Assembly (NCBI GenBank): GCA_038861395.1
Contig: JAWCDE010000001.1
Location: 9,144 to 73,143, forward strand
Length of the DNA: 64,000 bases
Reading direction: 5' to 3'
Source: Thermoproteota archaeon
Lineage (GTDB): Archaea; Thermoproteota; EX4484-205; JAAOZP01
Part shown: in pieces, positions 1 to 9,593 of the stretch
Layout: each line of letters opens with the position of its first letter
Numbering within the stretch: position 1 is the first letter of the stretch
Made by a program: the position numbers and the translations under genes
The notes under the pieces: model-generated
What the model was told of the DNA's origin: nothing
Databases searched by the model: none
What the model saw: only the letters and a program-made list of their open reading frames with translations

Positions 1-1184
1 TTCTTTAGATAATCCCAAAAACTGTTTTTAATTAGGACTGATATGTTAAAGTTTTCAAGCCTTCCACGTTCAGATTTAGACATTATGAAAGACTCTATGT
101 CAGGATGGTCTATCTCTAGAATACCCATGTTGGCTCCTCTCCTCTTCCCTCCCTGTTTCACCACGTCTGTGACAGTGTCTATTATCCTCATGAAAGATAC
201 GGGGCCGCTTGCTACGCCAGAAGTGCTGGATACGATGTCTCCCGCCGGTCTTAGTTTTGAATAATTTATTCCAACTCCCCCGCCGGACTTGAAAATAATC
301 GCTGCTTGAGTCGCAGCATTCATTATCGATTCAATATTATCATCTATGTCCAGAACGAAACATGCTGAAAGCTGGCCTAATCTGGTTCCAGCGTTAAAGA
401 GAGTAGGTGAGTTGGGCATGAATTTCTTCGAAACCATGAGGTTGTAATAGGATTCGAAATTTTCATAGTAACTATCAAATTCCCCAGAGCCTAACATCTT
501 AATGAAACTGCTCCAAGAAACCTTCATCTTTCCCTGCGAGTTAAGCTCATCGTAGAGAGCCTTCATACGCTCCAGATGATGCTCATTCCATGTTACAGCA
601 TAGCCTTTACCGTTTTTTCCCAGTCCAAACTTATTCGCGTAAGACTTTGCATCAAATTCTTCCTTAGGAAATATGGGTAGTCCCCCGTCTCTATGGAAAA
701 CTCTTGGATCGTATAGTAGATCTGGTATGACTACGATCATAGCAACTCTCTGAAACATTTGCTTGGGGGTTTCTATGAGCTTCCCATTCTCATCTTTAAG
801 CAGGTAACGGTTAACCATGAGCCTTATTGCATTCACCGAAAATTCTTTCTCAACATCATCGATGAAATCCTTCTGGAGGAGAGCCTTCTTCTCATCCCTT
901 AAGCGCTCTCTCTCCTTTCTGTAGAGGATGTATGCTTTAGCAACCTCGTAAAGATCAAACTTAACAAGGGCTAGTTCAACAACATCCTGTATTTCTTCAA
1001 CATGAGGTGTCTCCCCCTCCTCATACTTCTTGTTTAAGATATCGAGAACATAATTCAAAACACTCTCCAAAACCTTTTCATCATACTGTTTCACGCTCAT
1101 CATTGCCTTTGCAATAGCATTCCTAATCCTCGAAAGATCGAAATCAACAATCCTACCATCTCTCTTTACAACTTTCTTATCCAT
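1..1184 (-). CDS. nrdJ: Class II (B12-dependent) ribonucleotide reductase with N-terminal ATP cone, runs off window start
   Basis: Manual translation from ATG at 1184: MDKKVVKRDGRIVDFDLSRIRNAIAKAM (ATP cone), FMPNSPTLFNAG, QLSACFV, KSGGGVG, QGGKRRGANM, ENFNISV; not in ORF track because it is open at the edge. Confidence 0.93.
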   Translation of the reverse strand, partial: MDKKVVKRDGRIVDFDLSRIRNAIAKAMMSVKQYDEKVLESVLNYVLDILNKKYEEGETPHVEEIQDVVELALVKFDLYEVAKAYILYRKERERLRDEKKALLQKDFIDDVEKEFSVNAIRLMVNRYLLKDENGKLIETPKQMFQRVAMIVVIPDLLYDPRVFHRDGGLPIFPKEEFDAKSYANKFGLGKNGKGYAVTWNEHHLERMKALYDELNSQGKMKVSWSSFIKMLGSGEFDSYYENFESYYNLMVSKKFMPNSPTLFNAGTRLGQLSACFVLDIDDNIESIMNAATQAAIIFKSGGGVGINYSKLRPAGDIVSSTSGVASGPVSFMRIIDTVTDVVKQGGKRRGANMGILEIDHPDIESFIMSKSERGRLENFNISVLIKNSFWDYLK

Positions 1185-1345
1185 GTATTTCCAAATAATA
1201 TGAAAGTATTAAAGGATTAAACGAAAGAGTATAGGTGGATGATAAGGTTCGAGGAATGTTTCTACGGTGCTAATATCGTCTATGAGAATATTATATTGCT
1301 GGAAATGAAGCCATAACTTAATCGATTTTAAAAATACTGTATCGA

Positions 1346-1750
1346 TTAAAGAATTTCTGGTTTGATACGTGTTAGGCCAGGTACCTTATCGTAATCCTGG
1401 TCGAAAGAGATTATTTTCCCATCGATGTTTAACGCTGTTGCAGCGTAATGCGAGTCGAAGAAAGTCAGGTTCAGCGTCTGTCTCAGGTACACGCTTGCAA
1501 GCGTTATGTCGGGGGTTAATGCAACGTATTCCACGTTTGGTAATGCCGCAATAGCAGCCAAATCTTTCAGAAGCCTGTCCTCCATCTTCTCACTTTTATA
1601 GATTAGCTCCATCTCAATGAGACTAATACTTGAGATCTCTAGTCTGATTTCCCCCCTTTTGAGTTTTCTGAAAATTCTCTCAGCAATTTCATGATCGGGA
1701 TCTTGTTCATTTAAATACGCAAAGATTACATCGTTTTCCAGCAAAGGCAT
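1346..1750 (-). CDS. vapC: VapC PIN-domain toxin
   Basis: LLENDVIFAYL...LIEMEL...FFDSHYAATA...IISFDQDY PIN pattern; start overlaps antitoxin stop. Confidence 0.88.
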   Translation of the reverse strand: MPLLENDVIFAYLNEQDPDHEIAERIFRKLKRGEIRLEISSISLIEMELIYKSEKMEDRLLKDLAAIAALPNVEYVALTPDITLASVYLRQTLNLTFFDSHYAATALNIDGKIISFDQDYDKVPGLTRIKPEIL

Positions 1751-1989
1751 TAATCATCTTCTCCCGCTTCCTTTTCAACCAGCTGCTCAGCCTGTCTTCT
1801 TAAATCTTTGAATGATTTTTTGGTGTTGAATGCACCATGAAGAGTTTTAAATGGATCGGAGGGAAGCGGTATTATCTTAAGATGATCCCCTGCATTTATA
1901 ACTAATATTTTTCCACTCATGCCGAGCGACTCCCTGACTTTCTTAGGAATAGTTATCCTTCCCTTACTGTCTATTTCCAATATGCTCAT
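1750..1989 (-). CDS. vapB: AbrB/MazE-type antitoxin (VapB)
   Basis: IDSKGRITIPKKVRESLG AbrB signature, directly upstream of PIN gene. Confidence 0.88.
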   Translation of the reverse strand: MSILEIDSKGRITIPKKVRESLGMSGKILVINAGDHLKIIPLPSDPFKTLHGAFNTKKSFKDLRRQAEQLVEKEAGEDD

Positions 1990-1990
1990 T

Positions 1991-2053
1991 ATCCCACTTA
2001 AATTATATTAACTTAAAAGTGGGATTTAAATTTTATTATTAGAAAAAGTGGGA
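1991..2053. promoter_or_regulatory. Putative VapBC autoregulatory operator
   Basis: Inverted repeat ATCCCACTT (1991-1999)/AAGTGGGAT (2017-2025) plus a further AAAAGTGGGA at 2044-2053, immediately upstream of vapB. Confidence 0.55.
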
Positions 2054-2197
2054 ATGATTTCATAGCTCTTTGCCGTATTTATCATTCGGTACTTAACAGG
2101 TTAAGGTTTTATTAATCCAAGGACAAGGCTAAAAATACAGAGATTAATATTGCAAAGCCCGTTGATTAAAGTTTGATTTTGTTTCAAGCTAATGAAA

Positions 2198-2284
2198 CGT
2201 CGGGGGCGGGATTTGAACCCGCACGGCCCGTAGGGGCCACGAGCTTAGCAGGCTCGCGCCTTAACCAGGTTTGGCTACCCCGAC
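2198..2284 (-). tRNA. tRNA-Ser(GCT)
   Basis: GTCGGGG acceptor stem, CGAGC-CTGCTAA-GCTCG anticodon arm, long variable arm, GGTTCAAATCC T loop. Confidence 0.95.
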
Positions 2285-2501
2285 TTCGCTGAATGAATCC
2301 ATCTGTAGCTAAATAAAGATTACTTTTCTTATAAATCGATAAGATCAAACCGTTTCTGCATGGTATTAATAAAGAAAACGAATTATTCATCCCAGTTGCC
2401 AAAAATCGCTTGATAATCCACGAGGTTTAAACGTATAAATCGAAATACTGCTTACGTACTATAAGCTTAAATACATTTGAGTAATTTAGTATCGATAAAA
2501 A

Positions 2502-2848
2502 ATGGATCTCACAGCATTATTGATACAGATATTGTTGAGATCATAATAGTTGCTCCAGTACTGTGGATTGCAGGAAGGCTTATCGTGGGCAAGGAGAAGG
2601 CGAAGTTCACAGATGCTATTTGGATCGTTGTCCTCGGGGTTATTCTGGGTGCGGTTGTAGGTGCTTTCCTACACGGCTTGATTGGGGCTCTGGTTAGTTT
2701 CATAGTTTGGCTGGCTTTGATCAAGCATTTCTTCGACTGCGGCTGGCTGAAGGCTTTCATCGTAGCCGTTCTAGCAGCAATAATCTTCATAATCATAGCT
2801 GTAATAATAGGTATAATCCTCGGAGTCGCATTGATAGCATTACTATAA
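2502..2848 (+). CDS. Small multi-pass membrane protein; probable 1-nt frameshift near 2530
   Basis: Hydrophobic ORF body; ATG at 2502 (MDLTALLIQI) is one frame off from IVEIIIVAPVLW. Confidence 0.6.
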
Positions 2849-2887
2849 TCACTCCGTTTCTTTTTTTAAAAAGGTGCTCAGGTATAT

Positions 2888-3286
2888 TTATTCGAGTAAG
2901 ATTGTAATCTCCAATTCATCGCCGTCTCTGAGGCCAAGTGTTCCACGCAGGTTTACTGGAGCTATTACTTCCAGCATGCCTTCAGGATAATATGGTACCT
3001 GTGGGATTACAATCGCGCCTTCGATTCTACCCGCTATTACTGCTTTGAAGCATTTTCCAGAATAGAATCCTTCTTCAGGCTCTATTTCTATTCCCTTATG
3101 ATTATCTATAATCCCCACTATGGCTTTGTATTCTGGCAATAGTCGGATGTTAAGCGTTCCCGGATACGGCTTGAAGCCAAGCTTTTCTGAGAATTGCCTC
3201 GTGACCCAGGGGATGTTTACGAAAAACCTTCCTTTGCCTTCGCCGCTGAAAATACTGCCTTTTACAATTATCCGATTCTCGGTCAT
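2888..3286 (-). CDS. ribK: CTP-dependent riboflavin kinase, stand-alone
   Basis: SGEGKG, LGFKPYPGTLN, EVIAPVNLRGTLGLRDGD. Confidence 0.9.
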   Translation of the reverse strand: MTENRIIVKGSIFSGEGKGRFFVNIPWVTRQFSEKLGFKPYPGTLNIRLLPEYKAIVGIIDNHKGIEIEPEEGFYSGKCFKAVIAGRIEGAIVIPQVPYYPEGMLEVIAPVNLRGTLGLRDGDELEITILLE

Positions 3287-3290
3287 CGGA

Positions 3291-4397
3291 TTAAGTGCCT
3301 GTTTTTTCCAGCATGGTTTCGATTAAAGCATAGTATGCTGGTTTAGGCCTGTAGTTCTCATCGAAAATTAGGGCTGCGCCGTATCCTGTGAAGGTATATG
3401 GTATCCAAGAGTGTTTATCCGTAAAGCCCCACATAATGAAGGCTTGCGGGCTATCACTATCCAAATACACTTTAAAGATCTCCCTATATATTTCCGCTTG
3501 TTTAATAAGCTCTTCTTCTGAAACTGGAAGTCTAATGGCGACATCCATTTCAGTTATCTCCACTCTTAGACCAAGTTCTCTAAACCTCCTTATGTTTTCC
3601 GCAATGCTCTGCGGATTGGGGTACCATTCAACTCTCACATGCATCTGAAGCCCTATTCCATGTATTGGAACCTCTTTTTCCCGAAGGTTCTTGACAAAGT
3701 TGTATATCGCGTCAGACTTCCTGTTTAAACCTTCCGCGCCATAATCGTTATAGAAGAGCAGTGCATCGGGATCGGCCTCATGCGCCCATCTGAAGGCGAG
3801 CTCAATATACTCTGGACCGATGTTTCTAAGCCAGACAGTATCTCTTAAAGTACCGTCGTCGTTAAAAGCCTCGTTAACAACATCCCAAGCGTATACCTTC
3901 CCCCGGTAGTGTCCGACAACCGTGAAAATATGTTCTCGAAGAATATTAATCCATTCTTCCCTTGTAAAATTCCCGTTAACCACCCAATCCGGTAATTGAT
4001 TGTGCCAGACAAGAGTGTGCCCCCGAACCTTCATACAATGGTTCTCAGCAAATGAAACTATTGCATCTGCCATCGAGAAATTGTAAACAGTCCTATGAGG
4101 GTGAATCATGTAAAACTTCATCTCATTTTCCGGAGTGATAACATTAAATTCACGGACGAGGATACTCGCGTACTCCTCTTCGCTCAAGGGGAAGTAGCTT
4201 ACGGCTGTTCCAATCATTATGCCACAAGACTCGGCAAGCCCTCTCAAAGTATGGTTTTGAAAAGGAGAGTAATGATCCACCATGTTCTCATTATTTTCCC
4301 TCCTCATCTCAAACACTTGCCAGATTATGAAGGCAGCTAAAATAAGCATTATCATTCCAAAGATTATCAGGATTTTCAATCTGCCTGTTTGCAACAT
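3291..4397 (-). CDS. GH10 endo-1,4-beta-xylanase with N-terminal membrane anchor
   Basis: TPENEMK, RGHTLVWHNQ, WDVVNEA (acid/base Glu), YNDY, GLQMH, ITEMD (nucleophile Glu), WGFTDKHSW. Confidence 0.93.
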   Translation of the reverse strand: MLQTGRLKILIIFGMIMLILAAFIIWQVFEMRRENNENMVDHYSPFQNHTLRGLAESCGIMIGTAVSYFPLSEEEYASILVREFNVITPENEMKFYMIHPHRTVYNFSMADAIVSFAENHCMKVRGHTLVWHNQLPDWVVNGNFTREEWINILREHIFTVVGHYRGKVYAWDVVNEAFNDDGTLRDTVWLRNIGPEYIELAFRWAHEADPDALLFYNDYGAEGLNRKSDAIYNFVKNLREKEVPIHGIGLQMHVRVEWYPNPQSIAENIRRFRELGLRVEITEMDVAIRLPVSEEELIKQAEIYREIFKVYLDSDSPQAFIMWGFTDKHSWIPYTFTGYGAALIFDENYRPKPAYYALIETMLEKTGT

Positions 4398-4594
4398 GCT
4401 ACGGAAATTCAGCCCTGATATTTTAAGACTTTACTACTTGGGAAGGCCTTGGGAATAGATTATCGTTTTCTCCATCATTATTTTATAATTCTAGCTTAGC
4501 GGTATAACGTCGTGGATGTTGAACTTTTTTCAGAAGAGCTACTCCCCGTTTAACAAATTATTTTGATCTTTTCTGTCGTCGTCATTTTAGAAAG

Positions 4595-4668
4595 CGGGCC
4601 CGGAGGGATTTGAACCCTCGACCGTCAGGTTAAGAGCCTGCTGCTCTGCCATGCTGAGCTACGGGCCC
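4595..4668 (-). tRNA. tRNA-Lys(CTT)
   Basis: GGGCCCG acceptor stem, CAGG-CTCTTAA-CCTG anticodon arm, GGTTCAAATCC. Confidence 0.95.
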
Positions 4669-4740
4669 TAGGCTTCTTTTTCACCCGGGATTTTAAAAAC
4701 TTTTAACTAATGCTCTTCACGACTCTGGTGAGAATCTGGT

Positions 4741-5184
4741 ATGAGTAGGGGTAGTAGGGTTGTTCTCACCACTGGCGTGTTCGACATTATTCATCCCGGT
4801 CACATAAGGTTCTTGGAGGAGGCTAAGAGGTTGGCTGGTAGGAACGGTAGGCTGATAGTTATCGTTGCCTGCGACAGCGTTGTCAAGGAGAGTAAGGGGA
4901 GGAGTCCAATGTTCAAGGCTAAAGATAGGGCTCTCATGATTTCTAGGCTTAAGCCTGTCGACACTGTGTATGTTGGTAGGCGGGGAAGGCTTGAGAAAAA
5001 CATCTCATGGTTTCTCAGGAAGATTAAGCCTGATATTCTCGTATTCGGCTACGACCAGGAGTCAGTCATGAAGAGTACCCTTAAAGTTATGGATGAGCTT
5101 GGGCTTAAGATTAGAGTCGTAAGAATGAGAAAGTTCTACGATATCAGTAGTAGCAAGATAATAAGGAGGATTAAGAAATCCTAA
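4741..5184 (+). CDS. ribL: FAD synthase (cytidylyltransferase family)
   Basis: TGVFDIIHPGH HxGH motif, KPDILVFGYDQ, SSSKI; next to riboflavin kinases. Confidence 0.8.
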   Translation: MSRGSRVVLTTGVFDIIHPGHIRFLEEAKRLAGRNGRLIVIVACDSVVKESKGRSPMFKAKDRALMISRLKPVDTVYVGRRGRLEKNISWFLRKIKPDILVFGYDQESVMKSTLKVMDELGLKIRVVRMRKFYDISSSKIIRRIKKS

Positions 5185-5191
5185 TGGGAGT

Positions 5192-5875
5192 TTATTCTTG
5201 GACTGTTGTTTTAAAAAAGAAAGTTACCTTGTCCCCGTCTTCTAAACCCAGTTCCTTCCTCAGGTTGTAGCGCGAGATTATTTCAACCACAGAGCTGTCG
5301 TATATGGTTCTCAAAGCTTTTATCACCGCCCCGTCGTATTTCTCGTTAACAACGACTGGGTAGCAATACACGTCTCCAAACGTTCTCTCCTGGTCTGAGA
5401 AGCCATGTATAACTATAGGTGGCTTAGACATTTTCTCGGCGAGTAGCAACTGGTCCATGTAGCTCTCGATCTTAAGGTTTAGAGTACCTGGGTAAGGATT
5501 GAAGCCCAGCCTCGTGTAGAACTGGTCTAGATACGGCTTCCTGGAAACGTAGTATGCCCCCTCCCCTAGTCCTGTGAAAACCCTGCCGGTGAAGACATGG
5601 GTCACATAGACCTTGTTTACTATCGACATTATTGACCCCACGTGGAGCTTAATCTGGTCGAGTCCCCTGTCGGAGAGCCTTATCACTCTTCCTTTCGGGG
5701 ACATCACTGTCTCTATGAGCCTCTCCTTTTCAAGCTCCTTCAGGTACCTGGAGGCTGATTGATGCGAAGCATCAATAACCCTGGACAATTCTCTGGTAGA
5801 GATATGGGTCTTGCCTTCTTGTATCAGCTTGGCGATTGCAAGCAGCATGTACATCTTCTTATACTCTTTCAGCAT
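5192..5875 (-). CDS. rbkR: wHTH-fused CTP-dependent riboflavin kinase/regulator
   Basis: N-terminal HTH (SHQSASRYLKELE) plus TGLGEGAYY, FNPYPGTLN, LGLEDGD. Confidence 0.88.
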   Translation of the reverse strand: MLKEYKKMYMLLAIAKLIQEGKTHISTRELSRVIDASHQSASRYLKELEKERLIETVMSPKGRVIRLSDRGLDQIKLHVGSIMSIVNKVYVTHVFTGRVFTGLGEGAYYVSRKPYLDQFYTRLGFNPYPGTLNLKIESYMDQLLLAEKMSKPPIVIHGFSDQERTFGDVYCYPVVVNEKYDGAVIKALRTIYDSSVVEIISRYNLRKELGLEDGDKVTFFFKTTVQE

Positions 5876-6503
5876 CTCCAGTAATTGCCTCCATCATTTT
5901 CACGGAGAACCTGTGCGCTACCTCCAATGGAATAGGTAGGTTGAAACCCTCTGGCGTAATTCTTCTGAGAAGGCTACACGCCCCTTCGAGAGTAATCATG
6001 TTGCCAACACTATAATAGAACCTGTCCTGGAACATCCTTAAATTGTTAACGTTATGCTCCGCCTCAAACCCCCCTAAGGGTTTCTTTGCGATACCTATAG
6101 TCGGTTTCTTAAGAATAACCCCCAAATAGGTTGCAAGTCCGCACTTCCTCGGATGTGCTAGACCATGGCCGTTGACTATGAGAGCATCATACTCGTCGAA
6201 GAATTTCCTAAGCGTTTTAAGAACCACGGGTCCTTCTCTGAATGAGAGGAAGGTTGGGATATAAGGCATTTTAACAAACATCCTGGAAACGCTTAAGAGC
6301 ACTATGTTTTTCTTCGAAAGGTCGAATACTGAAAAACCGACTGTTGCCACTTCCCCTCTGTAGGAAGCGTCTACCCCACCAATCCTCTGAATTTTCTCTA
6401 GCGACTCGTCAGAGATTGAAACCTTTTTTGAAAGGAATTCTTGAGCCCTGCAGAGCCTACGGTAGAGAGACTGGTCTATTTCGCGATTGCAAGTTCCACA
6501 CAT
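5859..6503 (-). CDS. nfi: Endonuclease V family protein
   Basis: GGVDASY, PYIPTFLSFREGP, NGHGLAHPRKCGLA, PTIGIAKK. Confidence 0.88.
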   Translation of the reverse strand: MCGTCNREIDQSLYRRLCRAQEFLSKKVSISDESLEKIQRIGGVDASYRGEVATVGFSVFDLSKKNIVLLSVSRMFVKMPYIPTFLSFREGPVVLKTLRKFFDEYDALIVNGHGLAHPRKCGLATYLGVILKKPTIGIAKKPLGGFEAEHNVNNLRMFQDRFYYSVGNMITLEGACSLLRRITPEGFNLPIPLEVAHRFSVKMMEAITGDAERV

Positions 6504-6506
6504 TGT

Positions 6507-7142
6507 TTAAAGCCTTTCTAAACGTTTCTCCATTGAGGATAGGAAAGCTTTTCTTCTAAGCTCCTCGTTAAGGATGGTGAAGGCTGACTCTACAGAAGCC
6601 CTGTTAACATCCATCTTCCTCTTGAACCCGGGTAATGCTGCATCTCCCAGCGCTATCGTCGAAATATTTTCATAGAGCTGGGTCATCGCGCTGTACGTTT
6701 CCTCAGCCTCATCCAACTGCCCCCTTCTAAGTTTCTCCATCATCATTCTCTTTAGCTCTCCTATCAGGTCCGATGCTGCGTACAGTATTGAAGCTGGAGG
6801 AGGCCTTACTCTCAGCCTATATTCTTTTCCGGAAGCGAACCAGTATATGAACACGGCTTCCAGAAGCTCCTGGTATGTCTGCACTATCGGTGGCCAAGTA
6901 TTTTGAACCCCTTTCTTAGAGGCTGTCTTCACAATCTTACCTACTTCACGCTGTATTTCGTCAAGCAGTTTCTTTGCTGCTTTAAAATCCTGAGCATAAG
7001 ATGCTTTAATAGATTGCCTGCACTTCTTCAAGGCCACACTTATATCTTTGAGAAGCCCATACTTCGCATCCTCCTGTTTTCTAAGGAATTCGTAGGAGTC
7101 TTTAACAAGCAGGTTTATCCTGGTTTGGAAATCCTTCGGCAA
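6507..7142 (-). CDS. Translin/TRAX family protein
   Basis: YQELLEA, SDLIGELKR, FKRKMDV; all-helical. Confidence 0.8.
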   Translation of the reverse strand: MPKDFQTRINLLVKDSYEFLRKQEDAKYGLLKDISVALKKCRQSIKASYAQDFKAAKKLLDEIQREVGKIVKTASKKGVQNTWPPIVQTYQELLEAVFIYWFASGKEYRLRVRPPPASILYAASDLIGELKRMMMEKLRRGQLDEAEETYSAMTQLYENISTIALGDAALPGFKRKMDVNRASVESAFTILNEELRRKAFLSSMEKRLERL

Positions 7143-7145
7143 GAC

Positions 7146-7346
7146 CTACACTATCCTAACTGTTCTTTGAAGAGGCTTAGTCTGCCACGCATACTTCCTG
7201 ATCTTAGAAGTCCTCCCGAAACCGCATGCAGCACAATACTTCTTCCTCACGTTGAAAGACCTTCTTCCACATCTCCTGCATATCTTGTGAGTCGCCTTCT
7301 TATGGAGCCTTCCAAAGGCTGTTGTGCCCGCTGAAGTCTTACCCAA
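7146..7346 (-). CDS. rpl37e: 50S ribosomal protein L37e
   Basis: THKICRRCGRRSFNVRKKYCAACGFG. Confidence 0.96.
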   Translation of the reverse strand: MGKTSAGTTAFGRLHKKATHKICRRCGRRSFNVRKKYCAACGFGRTSKIRKYAWQTKPLQRTVRIV

Positions 7347-7353
7347 TTCTCAA

Positions 7354-7602
7354 CTACCTCTTCTCCTCAGACTTGTATTCGATAGGTGGCGATATCAGTA
7401 TTACATTGTCTCCTCTTATCACGATGAGGCCTAGCTTAGTTGTTTCATTGCCCTTCAGCTCCTCTGCGTCGGACAGGACTATGTTGAGATGAGGATCATA
7501 GCCATCCAGTATGCCGCGTATCTTCGTTCCGCCTTTCAGCTTCACTATTATGCTCTTTCCGAGAGATGCTTGAAGCAGCTCCATCGTAGTGTCTGTAGAC
7601 AA
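7354..7602 (-). CDS. Sm-like archaeal protein (LSm)
   Basis: GILDGYDPHLNIVL, IRGDNV; typical position upstream of rpl37e. Confidence 0.95.
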   Translation of the reverse strand: MSTDTTMELLQASLGKSIIVKLKGGTKIRGILDGYDPHLNIVLSDAEELKGNETTKLGLIVIRGDNVILISPPIEYKSEEKR

Positions 7603-7691
7603 TTCTCGAGGATTCTGTAAACCGCCTAAATAAATCTTTTTCTCTGTTCAGATGCGATGAAAGAAGGATGAGGGAGAAAAACAGCTACGTT

Positions 7692-9593
7692 TTAAAGGGC
7701 TCTATAAGTCTCTAGGAGCTTCGGGGAATACACGGAGTCGCCGTAGACTCTGCTGAGCATTCTCTTCATATTCTGTATTTTCTTAGCTTCCCCGTGAACT
7801 AGGAACAGGGGTCCCCTCTTAGTGTATACACGCCTTACGTAGTTTAGCAATTGGTTCCTATCAGAGTGCCCTGAGAACCCATCTACCTTTTCAACCGTGC
7901 TCCTTATGGTTAATGCCTCAACCTTCCCACTGGAATTCTGGAGGGTGAGCTCTCTAAGCCCGTTTAAAACCCTGTTGCCCAGCGTCCCCTCTATCTGATA
8001 GTTTACGAATACTATTGTAGACTCTTCTTGCGGTGCAACTAGTTTAAAGTATTCGAGCACCGGCCCGCCTTCCAGCATGCCCGAGGGCGAGAGTATTATG
8101 TTCCTCCTGCTTTCGGTTATCTCTTCTTTTGAAATCGAGTTCTTAACGGGTATTACGTACTCGGATTTGAACGGGTTTAAACCATTGTTCATAAGGCTTC
8201 TAAGGTCTTTCGACAGATAGTTGGGGAACGATGCGTGTATTGCAGTGACTTCTGAAATCATACCATCCACGTATATCGGTACCTCAGGAATCTTCTTGCT
8301 CCTTATAGCGTTGTCCAGTATGAGCATTATCTCCTGAGCTCTTCCAACGGCAAGCGTGGGGATGAGCACGTTTCCATTCTTATCAAGCGTCGAGTTAACT
8401 AGGCTGATAAGCCTGTTCTCCACTTCTTCTCTAGGCGGCATTACATCGTTCTGCCCTCCGTAGGTGCATTCTGTGATAAGCGTCTCAACCCTAGGAAACG
8501 TCGTTGAAGCGTGTTCGAGAAGTATGGAACGGTCATACTTCAAGTCGCCTGTGAAAACAATATTGTGAAGCCCCTCCCCTACGTGTAAATGTATTATTGC
8601 CGAGCCAAGTATGTGGCCGGCGTTCCTGAAAGTAAGCTTTATGTCGGGTGCAATATCCACTACCACGCCAAACTTTACGGGGATGGTGTGTTGAAGTATT
8701 GTCCTAAGGTCTTTCAATTCGAAAAACGGTGTGACACCGTTCTTCTGAAGAACATCATATAGATCGTTTAATAGGAGGAACATTAAGTATACTGTGGGCT
8801 CAGTCATGTAGACTGGGCCCCGGTAACCGTATTTGAAAAGCAGCGGGAGCCCACCCATGTGATCAAGGTGAGCGTGCGATATGACTACGGCATCGATGTT
8901 TTCAACAGGGATCGGAATCCTATCGATCCTTGGAAAGGCGTCTGAGAAAATATTTGCAGCAGGGTTTATCCCGAAATCCATAAGCACGTTACTCTCATCT
9001 GTTGAGACGAGTATGCTAGACCTCCCAACTTGTTCAGCGCCGCCGAGGAAGGTTAGAGTAATACTCTCGGTTTTGAAAAGCGACCTCCTAAAGATTCTCT
9101 CCCCAACCTCCCTGAGTATTTTGAATCTTTCTTCAGCACTCTGGTTGAAAACATACATTACCTGCGGGATGATCGTTGTGCTCAGAGGCGGGATCCTTAT
9201 TACAACCGGTTTCCAGCCTGTTTTAACCAATATCTCGTTAAGAATCTTCTCGCCAAGCTCTTCAACAATATCTGGATTTCTTACTGAAACAAGTACCTCT
9301 CCAAAAACTTCGTTAAACACTGTCGCCTCCAGACCTGCTTCCTGGGGAACTACTTGCCTAATTATCGTTTCCGTCTCCTCCTTAGGCGCCCTGACGGATG
9401 CGGCTGGCCTTACGATTATCCTCTTCCTAAGCTGTTTCGCAACCTCTGCCAGCACTTGTTGCCCCCCGGCTAGGAAGTTAAGATTCTCAACGTAAACCGC
9501 TATGGTAGGACCTTCCATCTCTATGCCGACTATCTTCGCATCCCTAGGAATCTTCTCGAAGATGACTTCTTTAATACTGCTTTCAGAACTCAT
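7692..9593 (-). CDS. fttA: aCPSF1/FttA KH-domain beta-CASP ribonuclease
   Basis: N-terminal KH region, SHAHLDH, AGHILGSA, FSGHSD; follows proteasome beta gene. Confidence 0.95.
   Translation of the reverse strand: MSSESSIKEVIFEKIPRDAKIVGIEMEGPTIAVYVENLNFLAGGQQVLAEVAKQLRKRIIVRPAASVRAPKEETETIIRQVVPQEAGLEATVFNEVFGEVLVSVRNPDIVEELGEKILNEILVKTGWKPVVIRIPPLSTTIIPQVMYVFNQSAEERFKILREVGERIFRRSLFKTESITLTFLGGAEQVGRSSILVSTDESNVLMDFGINPAANIFSDAFPRIDRIPIPVENIDAVVISHAHLDHMGGLPLLFKYGYRGPVYMTEPTVYLMFLLLNDLYDVLQKNGVTPFFELKDLRTILQHTIPVKFGVVVDIAPDIKLTFRNAGHILGSAIIHLHVGEGLHNIVFTGDLKYDRSILLEHASTTFPRVETLITECTYGGQNDVMPPREEVENRLISLVNSTLDKNGNVLIPTLAVGRAQEIMLILDNAIRSKKIPEVPIYVDGMISEVTAIHASFPNYLSKDLRSLMNNGLNPFKSEYVIPVKNSISKEEITESRRNIILSPSGMLEGGPVLEYFKLVAPQEESTIVFVNYQIEGTLGNRVLNGLRELTLQNSSGKVEALTIRSTVEKVDGFSGHSDRNQLLNYVRRVYTKRGPLFLVHGEAKKIQNMKRMLSRVYGDSVYSPKLLETYRAL

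Noticed and set aside
2198..4668. Integrated element between tRNA-Ser and tRNA-Lys
   Set aside because: No integrase and no duplicated tRNA 3' end (att site) seen
8881..9495. 204-aa + strand ORF, and similar ORFs opposite guaB, rpoA/B, polB1 and rpa
   Set aside because: Antisense shadows of well-supported genes with no recognisable motifs
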